Assembly: GCA_018269055.1 (NCBI GenBank)
Contig: JAFDVI010000012.1
Span: 93,820 to 157,819 of the forward strand
Direction of reading: 5' to 3'
From: Acidobacteriota bacterium
Lineage (GTDB): Bacteria; Acidobacteriota; Blastocatellia; RBC074
DNA length: 64,000 bases
In this document: positions 39,861 to 49,726 of the stretch, one piece after another
Position numbering within the stretch: the first letter of the stretch is position 1
How the letters are laid out: each line of letters opens with the position of its first letter
Made by a program: the position numbers and the translations under genes
The notes under the pieces: model-generated
Database searches by the model: none
Seen by the model: only the letters and a program-made list of their open reading frames with translations
Told to the model about the DNA's origin: nothing

Positions 39861-40859
39861 TTAGCAGGATGGCGGGAAGACCGGAACGACATAGTTTGCA
39901 GCGGCAGACAGTGTCAGCGCATGCAGATTGTGGCCGCTGGTGAACGCGCCCGCAGACGAAGCAGCGTTTGCGTTGAAATTAATCGCAGCGCCCAGAATTG
40001 CGATGTCGCTCTGGCTGAAGACCTTGAACCAACCAGTGCGGCCTGCAGGAATGAATGTTTCAAAGCGAGGGGCCGTGCGCGGGAAATTATTCGACAGACT
40101 GTTGCGCAACTGGCAGCTTCCCGTGACGGAGAAGCTCAACGAGTTTTCCGCATCGTCATACAAAATTCCGAACAACGTGCCCAATGTGGCAGCGCCAATG
40201 CCCAGGTTCCCACCAACTCGGTTGATGATCACCAGCGTGTCGTTTCCGTCTGCACGGCTCCCCACATTATCATCGGCCAAGGTGCGTGGTGCACGGTTAT
40301 AGCTCCCTGCCAACAACAAGCCATCAAAGAAAAGCGCAGCTAACGAGCCGTCAGTGGAAAGGACGTTTGTATTGGTCAGCTTCGCAAAAGCAACTGCTCC
40401 AAGATTCGCCGAGTGGCCTGACGTGAACTTGACGTACTCATCCCCAATCAAAAAATTATGAGTTGCTGGAGCGCCATTCACACCATCAACAGCAACAGCA
40501 ACGATGTACCCGCTAATGCCAGGGTCAAGGTCAGAAGTCAGAAAGGATGCAGTCTGGTTCGCCGTCAAACAGATAAAGCTGTCAGCGATTGAACAGCCAT
40601 CGGATACGAAATACAAGTGAACGAACGCAGCCGAAGTGACACTGGTGTTGGTGATATTGATGCGGGTGTTTTGTGTATTCCCGCTGGTCGCTCCGGATGT
40701 GTAAATATTGTAAAACAAAAGTGATCCCGCCTTCTGATCGCTGGCTTCGGATGTCGGCGGATAGATCAAGCCAGGGTCAGCCGCCAATGCTAGGGACGAT
40801 AGCACCATTAGCGAAAAAACTAAGAACAACGCATGTGTAAGTTTGCGTGAGGTTCGCAT
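39861..40859 (-). CDS. Secreted Cys-containing protein of unknown family (paralogue 2 of tandem pair)
   Basis: Start at [26 protein letters not shown] (ATG 40859, RBS AAGGAGAATAAA); same architecture and C-terminal PVFPPSC as paralogue 1. Confidence 0.85.
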   Translation of the reverse strand: MRTSRKLTHALFLVFSLMVLSSLALAADPGLIYPPTSEASDQKAGSLLFYNIYTSGATSGNTQNTRINITNTSVTSAAFVHLYFVSDGCSIADSFICLTANQTASFLTSDLDPGISGYIVAVAVDGVNGAPATHNFLIGDEYVKFTSGHSANLGAVAFAKLTNTNVLSTDGSLAALFFDGLLLAGSYNRAPRTLADDNVGSRADGNDTLVIINRVGGNLGIGAATLGTLFGILYDDAENSLSFSVTGSCQLRNSLSNNFPRTAPRFETFIPAGRTGWFKVFSQSDIAILGAAINFNANAASSAGAFTSGHNLHALTLSAAANYVVPVFPPSC

Positions 40860-41238
40860 TTTATTCTCCTTGTAAAGGTGGACAAGTGGTTTTCGAACTC
40901 GATGGTTCTCGGTAACAAGCCTCCTGATGCAGGTGCCTAAGGTCCCGCTTACCATCAAATCATGCATATCTTGGCCTGCGGGGGAACTGAACAAGCCAAA
41001 TTTGATTTTGGGAGGCGAGCTAACAAACGTTACTTTGGAAATTCAGTGAGGTAAGATTGCTAGCGTCGTTGGGTATACTCCCACGCAATACGCAGTGTCA
41101 ATCAAGAATCTATATTTTTTCGGTTCAGATTTTTCCTCGCCTGATTTTCTGTAACTGATTTTACCGAAACGAGGGGTGCCGTAATGTGGCCCGACAAATG
41201 TTCAACACTTCTGTCAACACTTCAGTCACTTTGCGCGA

Positions 41239-42093
41239 TTAAAGCTGAGCGAAGTTTATCAACTTTACATTGAATTTCACCACTGCTTGAACAACATCGG
41301 AATCAGTCAATAAGGAAAGTTCGTTTTGCCTGGCTCCTAGCAGGCGAGTATGGGACTGTCGAAGGTCTGTGTCTTCATATCCCGGATGGCTCATCAACTC
41401 GCTCATCCCATCCGGTAAAGACCGAAGCAAACCCAGCAGCCAGGATTTTGTCCAAAACCCGGTTTGTGTAACCCCGAAAAATGCATTCGCTGTTTTCACG
41501 CCTGAACGCCGCAAATTCGATTCGCTCCTTCGGCAAAGCTGCGCCAGTGCAACCGCGGTCATGTTTTGAGCCATCAATTTTGCTGAAGCCTTCAGGCCTA
41601 CAAACCGCCAATGTTCGCGAGGAGACCGCATTGCCTGGATATCGTAATCGCCAATTATGTTTGCCATGACTTGGCAAATTGGAGGCAGGGCATGAGCATG
41701 TTTGTGACTGTCAACGTGGGTCAATCGCAACCCCGCTTCCAATACTTTTTCAATCTGTGCGCGAAGCTCAATCTCTATTTCCAGACTGTTCAGCCTGCCC
41801 GCCATCCACCGGCGAAGCAACTGCGTGCTCGTCCCCAAAAACTCACCACGTTCGTTGAGCAAGCTTCGCACTTGCGGAGCTGCAGCGACTGGAATTCCTT
41901 GTGTGATATTGAAATGAAGTCCAACGCCGAGTGTCGGATGATCTATGGCCAACCGAACGGCGTCCTCGAACGCGGGCATGTTCGCCATCAATGTCGTGCT
42001 GGTCAAAATGCCGCGCGTATGCGCTTCGATGACCGCGCGGTTGACGCCTGCGGTCATCCCGAAATCATCTGCGTTGACGATCAAACACTTCAT
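41239..42093 (-). CDS. hpnK: YdjC/ChbG-family carbohydrate deacetylase (HpnK-like)
   Basis: MKCLIVNADDFGMTAGVNRAVIEAHTRGILTSTTLMANMP...GVGLHFNITQG has the YdjC-family metal-binding D-D and His motifs. Confidence 0.75.
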   Translation of the reverse strand: MKCLIVNADDFGMTAGVNRAVIEAHTRGILTSTTLMANMPAFEDAVRLAIDHPTLGVGLHFNITQGIPVAAAPQVRSLLNERGEFLGTSTQLLRRWMAGRLNSLEIEIELRAQIEKVLEAGLRLTHVDSHKHAHALPPICQVMANIIGDYDIQAMRSPREHWRFVGLKASAKLMAQNMTAVALAQLCRRSESNLRRSGVKTANAFFGVTQTGFWTKSWLLGLLRSLPDGMSELMSHPGYEDTDLRQSHTRLLGARQNELSLLTDSDVVQAVVKFNVKLINFAQL

Positions 42094-43076
42094 TTTTTCC
42101 TGCGCGCCGCCGCCAAAAACATCAGCCCAATGCCAATCCAGAAAAACATTCTGATTTTCCGAATGATGGCCAGCGCCACACCGAAACTTCCGTCGAAGCC
42201 CAACACCTTGGCCAATTCGCGCGTGCCCAACTCATCCACGCCAACCATTGCCGGAACGAAGGTAAACGCGATATTCAATGCCCGGTTGACGGATTCCATC
42301 AAAAACGCAGTGGCGAAGCTCAGGTGCGCCCCAATCAACTTCATCGTCACGAAAATCTCTGTCACCCCCGCCAGGTGAAACGACATTTGGCACAGGATCA
42401 CCAGAAAAAAATCCATCGGACGTTTGGCGAAGAAATCAAAAATATATTCTTCCAGTTCAGCCAGGTGAACGATCTTTGATTCCAGCTTTGTGCGTTTGGC
42501 TTGGTCTCGAATCAACATACGCACCAAAAATACAGCCGTTCCGGAACCCAGCTTCCAACGACGCCCGATGACAATCACCGAAGCGATGATCACTAAAATC
42601 ACAGCCGCCAGCGAAACTCGCATCGCCACGCGCAACGAACCGGCCATTCCGAAACTGGTCAGCAACGCAATCGCTCCGGCCATCACCATCACACAACTGG
42701 AAACCGTGTAGGTGATGTTTTCTACCGCCAGCGACGATACGCGCGAAGCCAGCGAAACCTTGTCGCCCAGCACCATTGCTTTCAGCGGCTCGGCAACCAG
42801 CGGGCCGGCGGTCAAATCGCCAATCGCTTCGCCAGCCAGCCGCGCCCGCCAGAGTGTCCAAAATCCTACGTGACGATCTTCGGGCGAAATACACCGCAAC
42901 CAGGACAAGCTGCGCGTCAGGTAGCGACACGCCGAAATCGCCAGAATCCACACAAAGCCGGAACCAAGCTGACGCAATCGCGCGGCAATTTCCTCAACAC
43001 CAGTTTGTCGAATGACATAAACAAAAAGGGCGAGTCCGATGACGGCTGAGATGATGGCAAGCAGGCGAGATTTCAT
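42090..43076 (-). CDS. hpnL: Lysylphosphatidylglycerol-synthase-TM-region / flippase-like membrane protein (UPF0104, HpnL-like)
   Basis: 328 aa, ~8 TM helices, N-terminal pattern MKSRLLAIISAVIGLALFVYVIRQTG; overlaps the hpnK-like start by 4 nt. Confidence 0.7.
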   Translation of the reverse strand: MKSRLLAIISAVIGLALFVYVIRQTGVEEIAARLRQLGSGFVWILAISACRYLTRSLSWLRCISPEDRHVGFWTLWRARLAGEAIGDLTAGPLVAEPLKAMVLGDKVSLASRVSSLAVENITYTVSSCVMVMAGAIALLTSFGMAGSLRVAMRVSLAAVILVIIASVIVIGRRWKLGSGTAVFLVRMLIRDQAKRTKLESKIVHLAELEEYIFDFFAKRPMDFFLVILCQMSFHLAGVTEIFVTMKLIGAHLSFATAFLMESVNRALNIAFTFVPAMVGVDELGTRELAKVLGFDGSFGVALAIIRKIRMFFWIGIGLMFLAAARRKK

Positions 43077-43084
43077 TCCGGGGA

Positions 43085-44188
43085 TTATTCGTAACTTAAA
43101 GCATCTACCGGGTCCTGACTGGCCGCGCGCAGCGCGGGGTAGAGCGCGCCCAACAATCCGCTGGCCAGGCCCGCAGCGGCAGCAAATAAAATCGTTCGCA
43201 AATCAAGTTCGATCTTCCAACCCAGACCGTTGACCAAACAAAACCGCGCCACGATTGCAAACAGCAACCCGCCAACAATGCCCAGAGAGCTGATGAGCAA
43301 GGCTTCCTTTTCAAATGTCCAGGCGATCCAGAATTTGGAGGCTCCCAGGGATTTCAGAATCCCGATTTGGCGCGTCCGTTCGGCAACCGTCGTGTACATC
43401 GTCAGCAAAATTACCAGCAAGCTGATCACCGTTGCCAAGCCTTTCACCACGTCCAGAAAGATATTGAACGCTGAAAAGCCTTCCGCAAATAGTTGCGGCA
43501 GGTCGCGTGTGAACAGGACTTTGTAATCAGGATATTTGTCCGTGATACGGCGCGCGATTTCTTCCTGTTGGTTCGGGTCATCGCACTTGACGAAGATCAT
43601 GGAACACTTGTCCTGCGTCCCAAGCGCCTGTTGCATCGTGGAAAGAGGAATTTTGATGCGTGCTCCGGCTTCAGGCTCGTAAACGCCGACAATGGTCAAT
43701 TCCCGCTCAGACCATCTGATTTTGTCACCGAGCTTCACCTTTTTGTCGGAAGCATATTTCCAATCCACGATGGCTACGTCGCCGGAAGACGGCAGCGGCT
43801 GACCGCTGGTGATGCGTAGCTTGGTCGCCAAAACAAACTGATCGTATTCAATGCCGTCCACCTGTTGAATGCCGAGTCCGCCGCTGGCGCCCATTTGCAG
43901 GTTCTGCCCAACCGGCGTCGCCACGGCAACTCCGGGCACGGATTGAATCTGCGCAGCTTCTTCAACCGGAATCGTCATATCCGCCGAAGTCAGCGAAATT
44001 CCCTGCCCGCCTTGCCGCAGCATAATTTCTACTCCAATGTTGGCATCGCGCTGCCCGCGATCCCGCAACGCTCCGCGCACCAAACCAACCGTCAAAACGA
44101 CAAGCACAACGCCGACGGCAACGCCAACTACGCTGGCGGCTGTACGGCCCGGGTGGTGAGTTAAGTTGGAAGCAACAAGATTATTCAT
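43085..44188 (-). CDS. FtsX-family ABC transporter permease (MacB/LolE-like)
   Basis: TM1, large periplasmic domain, then C-terminal FtsX 3-TM bundle (...ERTRQIGILKSLGASKFWIAWTFEKEALLISSLGIVGGLL...); no adjacent ATPase gene. Confidence 0.8.
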   Translation of the reverse strand: MNNLVASNLTHHPGRTAASVVGVAVGVVLVVLTVGLVRGALRDRGQRDANIGVEIMLRQGGQGISLTSADMTIPVEEAAQIQSVPGVAVATPVGQNLQMGASGGLGIQQVDGIEYDQFVLATKLRITSGQPLPSSGDVAIVDWKYASDKKVKLGDKIRWSERELTIVGVYEPEAGARIKIPLSTMQQALGTQDKCSMIFVKCDDPNQQEEIARRITDKYPDYKVLFTRDLPQLFAEGFSAFNIFLDVVKGLATVISLLVILLTMYTTVAERTRQIGILKSLGASKFWIAWTFEKEALLISSLGIVGGLLFAIVARFCLVNGLGWKIELDLRTILFAAAAGLASGLLGALYPALRAASQDPVDALSYE

Positions 44189-44221
44189 AAAGGATGAAAT
44201 CGGAATGATGAATGATGAAAA

Positions 44222-44602
44222 CTATGATGATTTCTTTGGTAATCGGGTCTTTGCCCTTTTGACAGACGAGACCAGAATCGCAATCAGTTCGTCAGCTTCT
44301 TGAAGCAAAGGGTTCATTCGCTCTTTGTTGACGATACCCGCCTCAACGAGCAATTCAAGCCAATAAATAGTTTCTTCAAGTTCCTGCAGCCCACCTTCAA
44401 TCTTGCTGATAAATTCCAAAGTCGAACGCGCCCGACAGGCTTCACGATAATGCGCTCCAACCGACGTTCCGCTCCGCAATACCTGCTTCCCCATCACCTG
44501 AGCTTCTGTTGTTTTCGGCAATGAAGAAAACACCTTCACAACTCTCAAGGCAAAGGATTTGGTACGAACTCGCAAATCCTTGTCTGACTCATCATTCATC
44601 AT
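44222..44602 (-). CDS. Four-helix-bundle protein (23S rRNA intervening-sequence protein / Avd-like family)
   Basis: KSFALRVVKVF...QVLRSGTSVGAHYREACRARSTLEFISKIEGGLQELEETIYWLELL is the TIGR02436/PF05635 pattern; 4-nt overlap (ATGA) with the alaS stop. Confidence 0.75.
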   Translation of the reverse strand: MMNDESDKDLRVRTKSFALRVVKVFSSLPKTTEAQVMGKQVLRSGTSVGAHYREACRARSTLEFISKIEGGLQELEETIYWLELLVEAGIVNKERMNPLLQEADELIAILVSSVKRAKTRLPKKSS

Positions 44603-47394
44603 TCCGCCTTCATCATTTTGATGATGATGTCTGGAATAGCAACAAGCGCAGCATCAAGTTGATCCGCTTCAACGCCCCCTTCCGCCAAATCAGGCTTGCC
44701 GCCTCCGCGCGCGCCGGGGATTTGCTTGATAACATTGCCCGCTTTGACTTTTCCAGTTGCGTCGGCGGAAACCATCACCAGCAGCGATGCTTTGCCATCC
44801 ACTACATCCGCGATGACGACGACGCCCGGAGCGATTTTCCGCGTCAAAGAATCAGCCAACTGGCGACGACCTTCTTTGCCCAGGTCTTCGACTTTGCGCA
44901 CCAGCAGCTTGATGCCGTTGATGTCGGTGATTTGATCGTCGGAACCGCCACCCCCTTGGGCCAGTTTCAGCTTCAGCCGTTCGATCTCTTTTTGCTGATC
45001 GCGCAATTGCGATTGCAGCCGTTCCAGTTCGCTCGGCAATTTGGCGGGCGAAGCGTTGATCTTCGCGGCGGCTTCAGCCAACAGGTTTTCAGACTGTTGG
45101 AAGCGTTCAAACGCGCCTTTGCCCGTCACAGCGCGAATGCGGCGCGTGCCGGACGCAATCGCTTCGTCGCTGGTGATTTTGAACGAGCCGATGTCGCCGG
45201 TCGCGCGAACGTGCGTGCCGCCGCAGAGTTCTTTCGAGAAAATGCCCTCGGCTCCGTTCACCGTCAGCACGCGAACTTTCTCGCCATACTTTTCGCCAAA
45301 CAGCGCCATCGCTCCCGAACGCATGGCGTCTTCAATCGCCAGCACATCGGTTTGAACGGGTTCGTTGCGCAAGATGTGATAGTTGACCAGGTTTTCGATC
45401 TCTTCGATTTCGGCCCGCGTCAACGGTTGGTAATGGCTGAAATCGAAGCGCAGGTAATCCGGCGCGACAATCGAACCCGCTTGCTTGACGTGCGTGCCGA
45501 GCACTTCGCGCAGCGCCGCATGCATCAAATGCGTCGCCGTGTGATTTCGCCGCGTGGAATCTCGTTTTTCAACGTCCACTTGTGCCGAAACCACATCGCC
45601 AACTTTCAGACTTCCCTTCTCGACTTTGACTTTGTGAACGCGAACGTCCTGGACTGGACTGATCGTATCTGTGACGGTGGCGCTGACACTGTCAGAACTG
45701 AGCGAGCCGACATCTCCCACCTGCCCGCCGCTTTCCGAATAAAACGGAGTCTGATTCAACACGACTTCGCCTTCTTCGCCTTCGTTCAAGGCTTTCACCT
45801 CATCATCGCCTTTGATCAAAGCAATGACTTTCGAATCCTCAACTCGCGTCGTTTCGTAGCCTTTGAATTCCGTCTTGGTGTCGTGGCGGCGTTGAAGAGC
45901 AACGTAGGCAGGCTTTATCGAGCTTTTGGCCTCAATCTTTCCCAAGTCCTTTTGTTTTTGAAGTTCGCTTAATTCTTTTTCTATCAGTTCTCGAAATTCT
46001 TCCTCTGTAAGACCTGTAATTTGGGTGCTTCCTTCGCCTCGACGATAAATCTTCCAAGCTTGTCGTCTACAATACTCAGTTTTTCCCCTTTTATCGGTGT
46101 TCAGCACAACGAACATTAAGTCAATAGGAGTTCCGAAAGTATCATACAAACGTGCAAGTTCATGGACTGGAACGTGGCCAGCTTCAACATCACCTCCATT
46201 ATCAAAAATGACGGGGGTTACATTTTTCTCCATCAATTCATCAAGCTTCTTCAGGCCTACGGTCAGTGTTGCACCGAACCGTTTTTCCTCCAGCCGCACC
46301 ATCTTCTCAATGTAGTCGCGTTGTGTTTCCAGTTCCGGATACGCATCTTTCATGAAATCAATTACGAAGTCGCAGACCTTGAAGAAGAATTCCTCCTTGA
46401 ATCCGAGATTCTCGCGTCCGTTGTAAATCGCACGGCGCATAATCTTGCGCAGCACGTAATTGCGGCCTTCGTTACCGGGCATAATTCCATCCGCGATGGA
46501 AAACGCTGTCGCGCGCGCGTGGTCGGCGATGACGCGCATCGCGAAGCCTTCTTGTGTTTCCGCTTCGTAATGCCGGTCAGAAAGCTTTGCAACAAACTCG
46601 ATGATCGGTTTAATCAGATCGGTTTCGTAATTCGACTTAACGCCTTGCAAGACCATTGAAATGCGCTCTAATCCCATCCCTGTATCCACCGAAGGCGCAG
46701 GCAGGGGATCGAGTTTGTATTGCCCCGGAGCGATTTCGCTGCGGTTGTATTGCATGAACACCAGATTCCAGATTTCGATGGTGTCATCGCCCGGGCCGTT
46801 GACGTATTCGGCTTTGTTGAAGTTCGGGTCTTCGGGGTGCTGGCCCATGTAGTAATGAATTTCCGAACACGGCCCGCACGGCCCGGTTTCGCCCATTTGC
46901 CAGAAATTGTCTTTGCGACCGAAGCGCAGCACACGCTCGCGCGGAGCGCCCGCTTTCACCCACAATTCGACCGCTTCTTCATCCGCCGGAACTTCTGCGT
47001 CGCCTTCGAAAACGGAAAACCACAGTCGCTGCGGGTCCAATTTGTATTCGTTGACCAGCAAATCCCATGCAAAGCGAATCGCGTCTTCCTTGAAGTAATC
47101 GCCAAAGGAAAAATTGCCGAGCATCTCGAAAAACGTGTGATGCCTTGCCGTCTTGCCGACTTCGTCCAGATCGTTGTGTTTGCCGCCGGCGCGAACACAT
47201 TTCTGCGAGGTCGTGGCACGTTTGTAATCGCGCGTTTCGGCTCCCAGGAAAACGTCCTTGAACTGGTTCATTCCGGCGTTGGTGAACAACAGCGTAGGGT
47301 CATTGGCAGGCAGCAAGGGAGAAGATTTGACGATCTTGTGGCCTTGCCTGGCAAAATAATTCAGGAAGATGCTTCGTACTTCGTTTCCAGTCAT
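44599..47394 (-). CDS. alaS: Alanine--tRNA ligase
   Basis: MTGNEVRSIFLNYFARQGHKIVKSSPLLPANDPTLLFTNAGMNQFKDVFLG class II AARS motifs; editing domain with HTATHLMHAALREVLG; 931 aa. Confidence 0.97.
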   Translation of the reverse strand: MTGNEVRSIFLNYFARQGHKIVKSSPLLPANDPTLLFTNAGMNQFKDVFLGAETRDYKRATTSQKCVRAGGKHNDLDEVGKTARHHTFFEMLGNFSFGDYFKEDAIRFAWDLLVNEYKLDPQRLWFSVFEGDAEVPADEEAVELWVKAGAPRERVLRFGRKDNFWQMGETGPCGPCSEIHYYMGQHPEDPNFNKAEYVNGPGDDTIEIWNLVFMQYNRSEIAPGQYKLDPLPAPSVDTGMGLERISMVLQGVKSNYETDLIKPIIEFVAKLSDRHYEAETQEGFAMRVIADHARATAFSIADGIMPGNEGRNYVLRKIMRRAIYNGRENLGFKEEFFFKVCDFVIDFMKDAYPELETQRDYIEKMVRLEEKRFGATLTVGLKKLDELMEKNVTPVIFDNGGDVEAGHVPVHELARLYDTFGTPIDLMFVVLNTDKRGKTEYCRRQAWKIYRRGEGSTQITGLTEEEFRELIEKELSELQKQKDLGKIEAKSSIKPAYVALQRRHDTKTEFKGYETTRVEDSKVIALIKGDDEVKALNEGEEGEVVLNQTPFYSESGGQVGDVGSLSSDSVSATVTDTISPVQDVRVHKVKVEKGSLKVGDVVSAQVDVEKRDSTRRNHTATHLMHAALREVLGTHVKQAGSIVAPDYLRFDFSHYQPLTRAEIEEIENLVNYHILRNEPVQTDVLAIEDAMRSGAMALFGEKYGEKVRVLTVNGAEGIFSKELCGGTHVRATGDIGSFKITSDEAIASGTRRIRAVTGKGAFERFQQSENLLAEAAAKINASPAKLPSELERLQSQLRDQQKEIERLKLKLAQGGGGSDDQITDINGIKLLVRKVEDLGKEGRRQLADSLTRKIAPGVVVIADVVDGKASLLVMVSADATGKVKAGNVIKQIPGARGGGKPDLAEGGVEADQLDAALVAIPDIIIKMMKAE

Positions 47395-47621
47395 AAGTGT
47401 GTCAACGGTTCAAAATTGGTCTTACGTGTGAAAAGCCGGACTTTAACGAGCGCATTTTGCTTTGTCAAACTTTGATTCTTCGCGATTGTCCGAGTGATAA
47501 ACGACCTGCCAGCTTGTACTTAGGGCTTTGATTTGTTTCAATTTCCTCAATAAGTGACGCCATCCGTGAGACGTCTCAATCCTTGTCAATTTTATGTACC
47601 TGGCTGGGAGGCCTGCTTATG

Positions 47622-48185
47622 TCTGAAAAAAACATTTTTGCGCAACGAGAACATTGGCTGGAAGAAGAGTATTTCCGGAAACAGGAACAACAGCTCATCG
47701 AACAAATTCATCATCGGCAATTCAGAGAAGCCGACCGGCAACGGCTGGCCGAAATCACAGGGTTGAAGGATGAAGAAGTACTCAATGCGTTGCAAGATAT
47801 GGGATTCTCATCGGAAACGATTGAGTTATTGCACATGCTGCCGTTGGTGGAGGTGGCCTGGGCGGGCGGAGCCGTTACGGAAAAACATCGAAACGCCATT
47901 ACGAAAATCGCCAGAATGCGCGGTATTACGGAAGGAAGCGAAGCCGATCAACGGTTGACGCAATGGATGACCGAAGAGCCGCCAGCGGAATTGTTTGAAG
48001 CTGCGCTTCATGCCACACGGTTGATGCTGGATGCGTTGCCACCCGAAGAACGGGAGCGCAGCCGCCAGGAATTGCTTCTTCACTGCAATCAGATTGCGCA
48101 CGCAATCTATGGACGCATGTGGGGACACGATGTCGTTTCCGGCGAAGAGGAAATGATCGCCCACATCGCTGAAGAATTGAGCTGA
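47622..48185 (+). CDS. Hypothetical cytoplasmic protein
   Basis: ORF with RBS GGGAGG 9 nt upstream of ATG 47622; helical, Glu/Arg-rich; no family recognised. Confidence 0.6.
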   Translation, partial: SEKNIFAQREHWLEEEYFRKQEQQLIEQIHHRQFREADRQRLAEITGLKDEEVLNALQDMGFSSETIELLHMLPLVEVAWAGGAVTEKHRNAITKIARMRGITEGSEADQRLTQWMTEEPPAELFEAALHATRLMLDALPPEERERSRQELLLHCNQIAHAIYGRMWGHDVVSGEEEMIAHIAEELS

Positions 48186-48575
48186 AACCAAAGCCTCGAT
48201 AATTCGAATTGCGGCGGGATGTTGAAGCAAAAATCCTGATCAACTTAATGCAGGCGTAATTCCGGTTGCATTTGCGTCTGCCTCTAAACCACATTTGTGT
48301 CGGAAAACTTTCAGCAAAATACATTTTTGCCAGTTTCCTGCCTTCATTGCCCTGCGAACACCAAACGCCTGGGTTCCTCTTAACTCTTTGTCAACAAATC
48401 ACTTTCCCCAAGATCGTCGGCCAAATCCAACCATCGGCATGGAACTTGCTCAAATTAGGGTGGTGAAATTTGTTTATTAAATTTTCGCCGCTTGAAAACC
48501 GATTTAACACCGAATGGCTAACATCGCGTTTTCGCCGCAGCCACAATGGCTGCAATTTTAGAGGTACCAATTTTT

Positions 48576-49412
48576 ATGAAGAATTATCTTTTTGCTAGTG
48601 ATTTTGATCAGACCTTGAGCTTCAACGATTCCGGGTTCGTGTTGAGCGAATTGCTGGGAATCACGGATTTCGAAAAACGCGTTGCCGGTATGGCGCGCAT
48701 CAACCTGGTGCAACAGGGCGGCGAACTCGCTTATCTGTTGTTGCACGACCCGGAGTTTCGGCAGGTTCGGCGCGAACATTTACGCGAGGTCGGCAAACGC
48801 ATCCGCCTGAAACAAAACATCCATCTGCTGCCTCAAATTCTGAACAGCGGAATCGAAGGCTACGAATTTTCCTTTTACGTGATTTCGGCTGCGCCGGAAG
48901 AAGTTGTGCAATCGGCGCTGGAAGGCATTGTTCCGCCGGATCATATTTTCGGAACGCGTTTTCGCTACCATCCGGTGAGCGGCGAAATTGAATCCATCGT
49001 TCGCGTTCCCGCCGGATACGGCAAAGTCGCCGTTCTGGACGAATTGCAAAAGGAACTCCAACTGAGTCCCGCCCATGTTGTGTACGTCGGCGATGGCAGT
49101 TCCGACGTTCACGTCATGCTGCACGTCAATCGCTGCGATGGGTTTACGGTTGCAGTGTCGGAAAACAAATACCTGACGCCAATCGCCAAGCGAACGATCC
49201 TCAGCGAAGATGCGCTGAGCCCGCTGATTCCCGTGCTGGAAGAGATCGTGGGCTTGACCAATCCGGCCAGTATACGAACGCTGTTTGAATCTCATGGATT
49301 GCAAATTCAAGAGTGGGATAAGGTCAAAACTGATTGGCTGACCATTCGCACCTTGCCTCCCCAAACGTTTGCGCAGGCTGCGGGCACGTCGTCGGAGGTG
49401 GGAAATGTTTGA
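48576..49412 (+). CDS. HAD-superfamily hydrolase (phosphoserine-phosphatase-like subfamily IB)
   Basis: Motif [10 protein letters not shown] seven residues from the start; motif [14 protein letters not shown]. Confidence 0.8.
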   Translation: MKNYLFASDFDQTLSFNDSGFVLSELLGITDFEKRVAGMARINLVQQGGELAYLLLHDPEFRQVRREHLREVGKRIRLKQNIHLLPQILNSGIEGYEFSFYVISAAPEEVVQSALEGIVPPDHIFGTRFRYHPVSGEIESIVRVPAGYGKVAVLDELQKELQLSPAHVVYVGDGSSDVHVMLHVNRCDGFTVAVSENKYLTPIAKRTILSEDALSPLIPVLEEIVGLTNPASIRTLFESHGLQIQEWDKVKTDWLTIRTLPPQTFAQAAGTSSEVGNV

Positions 49413-49638
49413 GTGGATTGGCTGGGTGGCGACCGCAGTTTTCGCCATTTCTTATTTCTGTCGCCGACCTGCTCTGTTACGCCGTACGCAAGCGCTGGCG
49501 GCGTTACTCTGGATAGGGTACGGCTTGATCATCAAAGCGCCGCCGGTGATTGTTGCCAATATGGTTGTGGCCGTGATGGCAGTTCTCTCATCGTTTCAAC
49601 GCAAAGAGCAGTTTGCGACGAAAGCAAGCGCGGATTGA
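49405..49638 (+). CDS. Small two-helix membrane protein (hypothetical)
   Basis: [18 protein letters not shown]...[31 protein letters not shown]; overlaps the HAD gene end by 8 nt. Confidence 0.5.
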   Translation: MFEWIGWVATAVFAISYFCRRPALLRRTQALAALLWIGYGLIIKAPPVIVANMVVAVMAVLSSFQRKEQFATKASAD

Positions 49639-49661
49639 AACTCGTTGCGTTCTGATTTCAC

Positions 49662-49710
49662 AAAACGCGGAGCGCCTTTTTCCACAAAGGCGCTCCGCGT
49701 TTTGTGTTTT
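49662..49710. terminator. Strong bidirectional rho-independent terminator
   Basis: AAAACGCGGAGCGCC-tttttccacaa-GGCGCTCCGCGTTTT followed by GTGTTTTT; lies between convergent genes. Confidence 0.8.
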
Positions 49711-49726
49711 TACGCTTGGCTGGCAA

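Noticed and set aside
38512-40343. Plus-strand ORFs (298, 121, 140, 124 aa) opposite the two secreted paralogues
   Set aside because: They mirror each other because the underlying minus-strand genes are paralogous. There is no independent coding signal or RBS.
44509-45972. 487-aa plus-strand ORF inside alaS
   Set aside because: It is antisense to alanine--tRNA ligase, whose identity is unambiguous.
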